Source: an uncultured Chloroflexia bacterium (GTDB lineage: Bacteria; Chloroflexota; Anaerolineae; JAAYZQ01). From it: a stretch of 64,000 nucleotides of DNA. The notes under the pieces are model-generated. The model was not told the DNA's origin. It made no database searches and saw only the letters and a program-made list of their open reading frames with translations. The position numbers and the translations under genes are program-made. The DNA lies in the NCBI GenBank assembly GCA_963700285.1, contig CAVOXA010000001.1, forward strand, positions 1,600,001 through 1,664,000, read 5' to 3'. Position 1 is the stretch's first letter; the number at the start of each line of letters is the position of its first letter. Of the stretch, positions 45,091-53,349 are shown in pieces.

Positions 45091-45965
45091 TTTACACCCT
45101 GTTCCGTTCCACGCCGTTCCTTGGCGCGGTAGTGCTCGATGTACCTCTTGCCAAAGGGATCGTTGCCGGCCAGAAAATCGACGGCTCGGGCGCACTCTAC
45201 GAGGCCCGGTGTGGCGGGGTCAACCAGGGCGGCGTCCAGCCCCCAGGGTACGGCCGCCAGCAGATAGGCCAGGTCAATGCGCGTCTGGTCCGGCATGCCA
45301 AACCCAGCGTTCCCGATGCCCAGGATGGTGGCGACGCCCAATTCCTCCCGCAGCGCGCTGAGGGTTTCCAACGTCACCTGCATGGAGCCAGGCTCGGCCG
45401 CAGATGCCAGGCAGATGGCGTCGATGACCACGTCCTCGCGAGGGATGCCCTGGTGCCCGGCGGCTTTGATGATCACCTGCGCTTCGGCCAGCCTGCCCTC
45501 AACGGTTTTGGGCATGCCGTGCAAGTGTCCGATGGGCATGCCAACGATGGCCGCGCCATACTTGTGGGCCACAGGCAGCAGGGATTCCAGGGAATCGGCT
45601 TCGGCGGTGACTGAATTGATCAGCGCCTTGTGGGGCGCCAGGGCCTGCAGGGCGGCCTCAATAGCCTCCGGGTTGCGCGAGTCCAGCGCGATGGGACAGC
45701 CAATCTCTTCCGAAATCGTTGCTGCGATCTTGGGCAGAAGAGCAACTTCATCGAGGTCCGGATGGTTGATAAGGATGTCGACCATGTCCGTGCCGATCTG
45801 CTGGCCAAAATGCGCCAGGTTGAGGAGCCTATCCACCTTGCCCTCCCGCAGATCGGCCAGCACACCGGGGCTCTGGTCCATCACGCGCAACTGGTCATTG
45901 ATAAGCAGCGTTGGCAGACTAGATCCGAATTGTAGGGTACCGGCAGGTGAGGAGAGGGTCGTCAC
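45087..45965 (-). CDS. Pterin-binding TIM barrel, methyl-H4folate:corrinoid methyltransferase (AcsE/MetH-domain)-like
   Basis: LDSRNPEAIEAAL, LINSV, VVIDAI, GIGNAGFGMP. Confidence 0.8.
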   Translation of the reverse strand: MTTLSSPAGTLQFGSSLPTLLINDQLRVMDQSPGVLADLREGKVDRLLNLAHFGQQIGTDMVDILINHPDLDEVALLPKIAATISEEIGCPIALDSRNPEAIEAALQALAPHKALINSVTAEADSLESLLPVAHKYGAAIVGMPIGHLHGMPKTVEGRLAEAQVIIKAAGHQGIPREDVVIDAICLASAAEPGSMQVTLETLSALREELGVATILGIGNAGFGMPDQTRIDLAYLLAAVPWGLDAALVDPATPGLVECARAVDFLAGNDPFGKRYIEHYRAKERRGTEQGVK

Positions 45966-45979
45966 AAGAAGTCAGCCTC

Positions 45980-46837
45980 CTAGAAGTACAGAAACCAGCC
46001 GAACCGGCCAAAGCCGATGGTAAAGTAGAGGACAGCCGCCAAGACGAACAAAGTCACAAAAAGGATAATGACGGACCAGTCCAACGCCGATAGAATTGAC
46101 TCGTGCAGGTATGTGCGCTCGCCGCTGCCGGTGAAGGCCTTCGATTGCAGAACAACCTCGAGCGCCTGCGACTTGACCATTGCGCCCAAGATCAATGGGA
46201 TGGCTACCTTGCCATAGACACGGACGCGCTTTATCGGCCCCATCTTTTCCATGGCCAGCCCTCGCAGGCGCTGGGCTTCGATGATGGTCTGGATCTCTTC
46301 GAAGAGTAGCGGGAAAAAGCGGATGGTCGAGGAAAAAATGAAAACGAGCTTGTAGGGGATCTTGGCCCGGACCATGCCGACGATCATGTTGTTCACATCT
46401 GTGGTGAAAATGGCTACCGGCAGCACCAGGACCAGAGTAAGCGTCTTAAAGATCACAGCTACGCCGTAAATAAAGCCCTCTACCGACATACTCGCACCAC
46501 CGATGAGCCACCAGTTTTCAGGGAATGTGAAGAGAGGATGCAGCGTCTCTTGTTGCGTGAGCGCCTTCACTTGCTCCGTATTCCAAAAACCATGTGTAAT
46601 CAGCAGTAGAATATAGAATGGGATCATCATGGTGAAGATGGTTCTGATATAACTACCCTTGACGCCGGCCAGAAGACTGATGACGACGATAAAGATCAAC
46701 AATCCCGCCAGGGCGATTGGGCTTTCCCAGACAAAGGCCACAGTACTGACGACGGCCACCATCACAAGCTTGGGCCTAAAGTCCATCTTGGTAAAGATCG
46801 AGTCGCGCTCGACCGTTTGGAACTGCATCGTGCTCAT
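45980..46837 (-). CDS. ECF transporter T component
   Basis: MDFRPKL, RFFPLLFEEIQTIIEAQRLRG. Confidence 0.9.
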   Translation of the reverse strand: MSTMQFQTVERDSIFTKMDFRPKLVMVAVVSTVAFVWESPIALAGLLIFIVVISLLAGVKGSYIRTIFTMMIPFYILLLITHGFWNTEQVKALTQQETLHPLFTFPENWWLIGGASMSVEGFIYGVAVIFKTLTLVLVLPVAIFTTDVNNMIVGMVRAKIPYKLVFIFSSTIRFFPLLFEEIQTIIEAQRLRGLAMEKMGPIKRVRVYGKVAIPLILGAMVKSQALEVVLQSKAFTGSGERTYLHESILSALDWSVIILFVTLFVLAAVLYFTIGFGRFGWFLYF

Positions 46838-46850
46838 GCTGCCGGTCCTT

Positions 46851-48575
46851 TCACTTTGGACTTGGAATGAAGCAGCTCGCCACTTCCTCAGGCGTAAGAA
46901 GGTTGTAGCCGTCCTGCTCTCCCCCGGTGAGATGCTGCGCCAACAGAACGGCTTGGGGAGGGCTGAGGAAGGTGGATCGCAGTACCTCGGTCTGATGATA
47001 CGCCTCACGGATGGGTGCATCGAGCAAGACTGTGCCTTTTCCCATGACGATGACGCGTTCTGCATAGTCGGGCATGAGGTAGAGGTGATGGGTGATCACG
47101 ATCACGGTCTTGCCCATCTCGTGCAACCGCTGGCTGACCTCCAGGATATACTTGGCGCCCTGGAAGTCTTGGCCAGTGGTCGGCTCATCAAAGATAATGA
47201 TATCGGGCTTCATGGCCAAAATGGCAGCGATCACGATCCGCGCCCGGTCGCCCTTGGGCAGCGAGAGAGGATGTTGCTGGCGTACTTCCAACAAGCCCAT
47301 GGACGCCAGGCTCTCCGTCGTGCGGGCCTCTACCTCGTCCTCGGGGTAGTCGAGGTTCACCAAAGCGAACTTGACTTCATCCTCAACCGTCGGATTAAAG
47401 ATCTGATTATCGGGGTTCTGAGCCACGTAGCCGATCTCTCGGGCCAGGCCGCTTACCGTCAGCTCCCGGGTATCGGTCCCAGCGACGACAACGTCCCCCT
47501 TGGTCGGTTCTAGCAGTCTAAGAAAGTGCTTGACGAGCGTGGTCTTGCCCGCGCCGTTCTGGCCTATGATGAGTACGTATTCACCAGCGTGGATGTCGAG
47601 GGATATGCCGTGCAGAGCCTCGGTTCCATCCGGGTAGGTGTGCTCTAGATCCTTTACCGATAGAAGTGGCTCGCCGCCCTGTACGGGGGGGTTGGGCGGT
47701 AAGTCAGGTGGTACCGGTTCGCAGCGGCCCTGCAAGTCATCGAGTGCGGCTATCCCCGGTTCCAACTGGACTGGGATGTTCGTCACAGGAGCACCGCCCT
47801 CGCGGGCCAGATAAAAAGTACTGGCCACCTGCGGTGGTCGGAGAAAGTGTTCCTCGAGGAGATCGATCTGAGAGTAGATCTCTTGCGGTGTGCCGGTGGT
47901 GACTAGACTGCCGTGGGAGAGCAGGGCCAGCCTGTCGGCGTACTCGGCCATCTCTTCGGCGGCGTGGCTGGTCATGACGATAGTCATTCCCAGGACCTTG
48001 TTCAGCTCGCGAACGGTGGCGAAAACCTCCTCCGTTCCGACCGGGTCGAGCTGGGAGGTGGGCTCATCCAGAATCAGGAGCTTGGGTGTCATGGCCAGGG
48101 CCGCGGCAATGGACAGGCGCTGCTTCTGACCTCCCGACAGTTCGTGGGGGTGTTTCTTCTCGGTACCCTCAAGGCGTACCGCTTCCAGGACGCGGGGGAT
48201 ACGCTCCAGAATCTGCTCGCGAGGCACGCATAGGTTTTCAAGGGCGAAAGCAATCTCATTCTCAACCGAGGTGGCAATAAGCTGCGTTTCAGGATCCTGA
48301 AAGACCGCCCCGACATGCCGAGCCATCTGGTTGATGGGGTTATCGAGCGTGTCTAGGCCTGCCACGGTCGCCTTGCCGAAAAAGCGTCCCTGATAAAACT
48401 GAGGTACGATACCGTTCAGGGTCAGGGAGAGCGTGGTCTTGCCTGCACCGGTTGGGCCGATGAGACCCAAGAATTCGCCCTGGTGGATCTCGAGGGAGAT
48501 GTCCTTCAGGACCGGCTCAAGGGAGCGTGGGTACATGTAGGACACGCTCTCCAGGGCAGCAATGACTTCTTTCAT
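46851..48575 (-). CDS. ECF transporter duplicated ATPase
   Basis: GPTGAGKTT and GQNGAGKTT; FQDPETQ; LSGGQKQR; DEPT twice. Confidence 0.93.
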   Translation of the reverse strand: MKEVIAALESVSYMYPRSLEPVLKDISLEIHQGEFLGLIGPTGAGKTTLSLTLNGIVPQFYQGRFFGKATVAGLDTLDNPINQMARHVGAVFQDPETQLIATSVENEIAFALENLCVPREQILERIPRVLEAVRLEGTEKKHPHELSGGQKQRLSIAAALAMTPKLLILDEPTSQLDPVGTEEVFATVRELNKVLGMTIVMTSHAAEEMAEYADRLALLSHGSLVTTGTPQEIYSQIDLLEEHFLRPPQVASTFYLAREGGAPVTNIPVQLEPGIAALDDLQGRCEPVPPDLPPNPPVQGGEPLLSVKDLEHTYPDGTEALHGISLDIHAGEYVLIIGQNGAGKTTLVKHFLRLLEPTKGDVVVAGTDTRELTVSGLAREIGYVAQNPDNQIFNPTVEDEVKFALVNLDYPEDEVEARTTESLASMGLLEVRQQHPLSLPKGDRARIVIAAILAMKPDIIIFDEPTTGQDFQGAKYILEVSQRLHEMGKTVIVITHHLYLMPDYAERVIVMGKGTVLLDAPIREAYHQTEVLRSTFLSPPQAVLLAQHLTGGEQDGYNLLTPEEVASCFIPSPK

Positions 48576-48708
48576 AGATTCGCTCCAGGCACTGAACTGT
48601 GCCTGGGGAAGACGGGTATGGAACCCCGTCTCCCCCAAACATGCTGCTGGCCCAAGAGGCCAGCGGGTGTGGTTAGCAGAAACCCCCGTACCGTTTCTGT
48701 GGCAGTGC

Positions 48709-49491
48709 TTAATAGATGGCCCAGGTAGGCTTGACCAGGCCGATGGCTCGCAGGCCGGCGATGACGCCTGTACCGATGACCGTGCCGATCAAGCAACGCA
48801 TCAGGTTCTCGAAGGGGATGATGGGAATGAGCATGGTCCATACTTCTTCGGGCCAATTGAACATAAAGTATGTGATGCAGGAAGCCACCACGTGGGCAAT
48901 GCCCGAGATCATCCACGTACCCAGGAACAGGCCGAGAGCGGTCTTGGCCAAGCTCTTGTCGTTGATCCAGCGTGCAAATAGGGTCCGGGTCGGCAGGATC
49001 CACAGGATGATAGCCGACCAGTCGAGGAATGAGCCAGCAATGGCTGCATATGGGCTGACGCCGTTCTGGACAATTGCCCGGCCAGCGAACAGGACGTAAG
49101 CGATGATGAAAAGCACAGCCAACGGGATCCACCACTTTGTTCGCTCGTCCTTGATGACCATCGAACCAGCGGCAAAGCTGGCAATCGCAGCCCAGATCAT
49201 ACTAACGGCTGGTACTCCAGCGGTGTGGGGCGCCAAAAAGACACCTACCAGGGCGCCAATTCCGCTGGCGATCGCTCCGGCGATGGGTCCCAGCAGCCAG
49301 CCGACAAGGGCAAAGATGCCCTGGCTCATGGGGAAGCTGCCCCCAGAAGCCAAGATGACGGAGAAGGGGATGAAGGCCAGGGCGGTCACGACGGCCGCCA
49401 GCACGACGATGTAGGCAATGGGCGCTCCATCAATGGCCGCCCCACCCAGGAACTTGACTTCACGCTCTTGACCAGCAGGTGCCTCAGACAT
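48709..49491 (-). CDS. ECF transporter S (substrate-binding) component
   Basis: Multi-TM protein with GWLLGPIAGAIASGIG; directly upstream of the ECF A and T genes. Confidence 0.8.
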   Translation of the reverse strand: MSEAPAGQEREVKFLGGAAIDGAPIAYIVVLAAVVTALAFIPFSVILASGGSFPMSQGIFALVGWLLGPIAGAIASGIGALVGVFLAPHTAGVPAVSMIWAAIASFAAGSMVIKDERTKWWIPLAVLFIIAYVLFAGRAIVQNGVSPYAAIAGSFLDWSAIILWILPTRTLFARWINDKSLAKTALGLFLGTWMISGIAHVVASCITYFMFNWPEEVWTMLIPIIPFENLMRCLIGTVIGTGVIAGLRAIGLVKPTWAIY

Positions 49492-49676
49492 TTTTACTCC
49501 CTCCTTGGATGAAATATGACTTGCCCCGTTGCCAAGTCGCCCATGAATGTACCCAAATGCCGACTGTCATCACAAAGGTTAATGCATTGGCCCTCCTTTC
49601 TCTGTACCCCCTCATGCCCAGACCAAGACCCTATGGCCAGGAACTGGCGGAAAACCGGCAAAGCGTCACTCTTGGA

Positions 49677-50858
49677 TCAGGGAACTACCTCGTTCAACTC
49701 CTCCAGCAACCTGCGTTGGACCTCAGGGCCACAGCCACGTGACGCTGCCGCCTGGGCAATGGGTTCCCAATGGGGAACGGGCGTGTCCCGCCAGGGGATG
49801 CCATACGTGTCAAAGACCACGCGTGTCTCTGGCCACATCTCGGCCACAGCTCTGACGGCCATGAGGCGGCCGATGGGTTTGGCCACACCATCAGGGAGGA
49901 CGGTGGGCATTTGCTCTACACCCAGGCTGTCCTCTATGTCTTCTGTGTGCTCTGCGGCTGGCGGCTTTGGGGACACCACCATACCCAACAAGCGGGCGGC
50001 GTTGGCCCCCATGATATCCAGGTACACATCCTCATCTAGCCCCAGGGCATCGATCTCTTGCAGAAATGGTGCATAGCCGGGATTGCTCTGCTTGTCGGGA
50101 CAGATCAGGAGGGGATAGTCTGAACCGAACAGTATCTTTCTGTGGTCCACACACTGTAGCGCAACCTTCAAGATCTCTTCCGTCGGAAAGAGCAAAGGCG
50201 ACGCGGCCATGTCGTACCATACGTTCTCGAGATCTCGCTTCACCTCGGGCATGATCTCGTAGAAAAAGAGACCTCCACCCCAATGGGCCAAGATCAGCCT
50301 GAGCTCGGGGTAGCGTTGAGCCAACCGGTGAAATTGTCGCAGTGGAGTCGTGCTCTTGCCCAGGTAGTAATGACCGATCTCTTCGCTGACGTGCAGGTTC
50401 AGGGGCAGGTCAAGGTCGATACAGGCTTCCACAACTCGCGAAAAGTCGGGATCATCCAGCTCAAAGCCCTGACTATAAGCTCCCAGTTCCCCCACCCCCC
50501 GCATGCCAGCGTCGTAGCAGCGCTTGAGTTCATCGAGTGCTTTCTGTCCAGCCCTGGGCTGGATGACGGCAAACGGTATCACCCGTCCAGGAAAACGGCG
50601 GGCGATCTCGATGCCCTGGTCGTTCCTGGCAACGCAGTTGCTGTGGTTCTGCTGGCTCTCGCCCAAAAGCACCACATTGTCAATGCCGGCTCGGTCCATG
50701 TCGGCTAGCATGCGCTCGGGCGTCGCCCAGCCTTGCTCTGCATGGTTGGCTGCCTCTGGCGTGATCAAGAGGCCCCAATAAGGTTCTCGCTCGGCGAATC
50801 CTTCGAGATCCTCAACCATGGAGGGAGGTGTATAGTGCGCATGGACGTCGATTCGCAC
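49677..50858 (-). CDS. Amidohydrolase_2-family metalloenzyme with small C-terminal DUF1858-like domain
   Basis: IDVHAH, GVGEL, LAHWGGG, FGSDYP. Confidence 0.85.
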   Translation of the reverse strand: MRIDVHAHYTPPSMVEDLEGFAEREPYWGLLITPEAANHAEQGWATPERMLADMDRAGIDNVVLLGESQQNHSNCVARNDQGIEIARRFPGRVIPFAVIQPRAGQKALDELKRCYDAGMRGVGELGAYSQGFELDDPDFSRVVEACIDLDLPLNLHVSEEIGHYYLGKSTTPLRQFHRLAQRYPELRLILAHWGGGLFFYEIMPEVKRDLENVWYDMAASPLLFPTEEILKVALQCVDHRKILFGSDYPLLICPDKQSNPGYAPFLQEIDALGLDEDVYLDIMGANAARLLGMVVSPKPPAAEHTEDIEDSLGVEQMPTVLPDGVAKPIGRLMAVRAVAEMWPETRVVFDTYGIPWRDTPVPHWEPIAQAAASRGCGPEVQRRLLEELNEVVP

Positions 50859-50924
50859 TGCAATCCTCCTGTGTGCGTGGTGCCCTGGCTCGGAACAGCG
50901 TCTAGTGTTCGACAGAGGCCTGAA

Positions 50925-51938
50925 CTAGCTCCTGGCAGCTGGGAAGAGCGACCTGGCGGCCGCAATGATGTCCTGTACACCGGGCAGGACAAAGTCTTCG
51001 AGAATCGGGCTGTAGGGCAGAGGTACGTTCCTGGCCGCCACTCGGGCGATGGGTCCATCCAGGTATTCGATGGCTTCCTCGGCCAACACCGCCGCGATCT
51101 CGGCCCCGGGACCCGACCGCCGGTGGGCCTCGTGGGCAATGATCACCCGGCTGGTCTTGGCCACAGATTGGATCAGTGCTTCCTTGTCCAGGGGTACCAG
51201 CGTGCGCGGGTCGATCACCTCGGTGCTGACCCCCTCCTCAGCCAGGGTTTCGGCCGCCTCCAACGCTTTGGGCACCATGGCGCCGATGGCGATGAGGGTC
51301 AGATCGCTGCCCTCGCGCAGCACCGAGGCTTGCCCAAAGGGGACCACAAAATCCGGATCTTGAGGCACAGGTCCTCGCTCGGCGTAGAGCATCTTGTGCT
51401 CAAAAAAGATCACTGGGTCCTCGCCCCGAATGGCCGACTTGAGCAACCCCTTGGCATCGGCGGGTGAAGTGGGCACGGCGAATTTGAGGCCCGGTACGTT
51501 CAAAAACCAGGACTCTGGGCTCTGGGAGTGTTGTGCCGCGGCCGACCCCGGAGCACCAGAGGTTACGCGGATGGTCAAGGGCACGCTGGCCTTGCCACCG
51601 CTCATAAAGCGGGCCTTGGCCACCTGGTTGACGATCTGATCGCCGGCACACATCAAAAAGTCGCCGAACATGATTTCGGCGATGGGGCGCATACCCATCA
51701 TCGCTGCGCCCAGCCCTGCGCCGACGATGGCAATCTCGCTGATGGGCGTGTCGCGCACTCGCTCCTCTCCAAATTCTTCCAGCATGCCGGCAGACACGCC
51801 CCAGACACCGCCAAAGGCGCCCACGTCCTCGCCGAACAAAAAGACACTGGCATCGCGGCGCATCTCTTCCACCATGGCTTCGCGTATCGCTTCAGAGAAC
51901 GAGAGTACTCTTGTGATCTCGTCTGTATTCTTTGACAT
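50925..51938 (-). CDS. 2-oxoacid/acetoin dehydrogenase E1 beta subunit
   Basis: GEDVG, DTPISE, AQHSQ, FFEHK, DPRTLVPLD. Confidence 0.94.
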   Translation of the reverse strand: MSKNTDEITRVLSFSEAIREAMVEEMRRDASVFLFGEDVGAFGGVWGVSAGMLEEFGEERVRDTPISEIAIVGAGLGAAMMGMRPIAEIMFGDFLMCAGDQIVNQVAKARFMSGGKASVPLTIRVTSGAPGSAAAQHSQSPESWFLNVPGLKFAVPTSPADAKGLLKSAIRGEDPVIFFEHKMLYAERGPVPQDPDFVVPFGQASVLREGSDLTLIAIGAMVPKALEAAETLAEEGVSTEVIDPRTLVPLDKEALIQSVAKTSRVIIAHEAHRRSGPGAEIAAVLAEEAIEYLDGPIARVAARNVPLPYSPILEDFVLPGVQDIIAAARSLFPAARS

Positions 51939-51947
51939 AAAAGACCT

Positions 51948-52979
51948 CTAGAAGACCAGCCCGTCGTGGCTGTCGCCGTACACTCCCTGCAGCGCGTCGT
52001 CGGGCTGTGGCATGGATGCAGATTCGGCAAAGGCCACGGCATCGTCGAGCAGCCGCTGAACGTCTCTTTCGATTCCCTGAACCGCGGCCTCCTCGAGGAG
52101 GCCAGAATCCAGAAGCTGTTGCCGGAAGGCGGGGATGGGATCACGGGCCTGCCAGGCTTCCATCTCGCCGGGCGGGCGGTAGATCTGAGGGTCGCCCTCG
52201 TAGTGGCCGCGGTATCGATAAGTCTTGGCTTCGACAAAGGATGGCCCTTGCCCGGAACGGGCCCGCACGGCTGCTTCCCGGACTGTTTCATAGACGCTCA
52301 AGACGTCGTTGCCGTCCACAATGGTGCCCGGAAAGCCATATCCCTCGGCCCGCACCGCCAGGTCAGCGACGGGAGCTTGTTTTGATTGGGGCGTCCCTTC
52401 TCCGTACAGGTTATTCTCACAGAAAAAGACAACGGGCAACCCCCACAGACCAGCCAGGTTGGCGGCCTCGTGGAAGGCGCCTTCGTTCACAGCGCCGTCG
52501 CCAAAAAAGGACAGAGCGACGCGCTTCTCGCCGCGCATGGCAAAGGCAAGGGCCGCCCCGACGGCAATGGGGATGCCCCCGGCCACGATGCCGTTGGCGC
52601 CCAGGATGCCCAGATCAAAGTCAGCGATGTGCAGCGATCCGCCCCTCCCGCGGCAGTAGCCCTCGGAGCGGGCTGCCAGCTCTGCCATCATGAAGCGAGG
52701 ATCGCCGCCTTTGGCAATCAGGTGTCCGTGTCCGCGGTGGGTACTGGTGATCACATCCTCCGTGTCGAGCGCCATGCATGCGCCCACTGCGGTTGCTTCT
52801 TGCCCCACACAGGAATGAATAAAACCGGGGATCAGACCACCTCGGCGTTCCTTGATGGCCCGCAGTTCAAATTGTCGGACCATCGTCATGCGCCGGAATA
52901 TCTCTGCCAGGCGATCTGGGGAATAGGCTGTTAGGCAGCTCTTGGCTTCTGCTTCGTTATTGGGGTTATCTGTGGACAT
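51948..52979 (-). CDS. 2-oxoacid/acetoin dehydrogenase E1 alpha subunit (TPP)
   Basis: GQEA, HRGHGH, GDGAVNEG..ENN, TYRYRGHYEGD. Confidence 0.94.
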   Translation of the reverse strand: MSTDNPNNEAEAKSCLTAYSPDRLAEIFRRMTMVRQFELRAIKERRGGLIPGFIHSCVGQEATAVGACMALDTEDVITSTHRGHGHLIAKGGDPRFMMAELAARSEGYCRGRGGSLHIADFDLGILGANGIVAGGIPIAVGAALAFAMRGEKRVALSFFGDGAVNEGAFHEAANLAGLWGLPVVFFCENNLYGEGTPQSKQAPVADLAVRAEGYGFPGTIVDGNDVLSVYETVREAAVRARSGQGPSFVEAKTYRYRGHYEGDPQIYRPPGEMEAWQARDPIPAFRQQLLDSGLLEEAAVQGIERDVQRLLDDAVAFAESASMPQPDDALQGVYGDSHDGLVF

Positions 52980-53073
52980 CCTCGTCTGCTCAACTCAATT
53001 GGGTTGGAATCATGGCCAGCCCTGACCGGTTAGTTCCCTGCTATCAGACCGCCGAGCCATTACTATGGGTTGG

Positions 53074-53102
53074 ATTATACCAGATCTTTGGAATGCAGTC
53101 AA
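53074..53102 (-). promoter_or_regulatory. Sigma70 promoter for the E1 operon
   Basis: TTGACT-17-TATAAT. Confidence 0.65.
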
Positions 53103-53197
53103 GTCCAGTTTAACAAGGTTTGCCTGATTATGCAATTACTGAACTCGAAATACAGTACAGCTTGAAGGGAGATGCCGCATTAAACAAAATGGGCCTA

Positions 53198-53226
53198 TTG
53201 ACAACCGGCAGTACTTGCGCTATAAT
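53198..53226 (+). promoter_or_regulatory. Consensus sigma70 promoter
   Basis: Perfect TTGACA-17-TATAAT. Confidence 0.75.
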
Positions 53227-53349
53227 GTTATCAGGCCCGAGCAAGCAGGATGCGGGATCAACTTCTATTTCCGGCCGAGATAAGGAGGTGGCGCGGCTAC
53301 GATAAACCAGTAGTGGTTCGATGAGCAGTGAGAAAGGAGCGATAGCACC

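Noticed and set aside
45087-45965. Dihydropteroate synthase folP
   Set aside because: No NxTPDSFSD or SRK motifs; the motifs fit the methyltransferase branch of the fold
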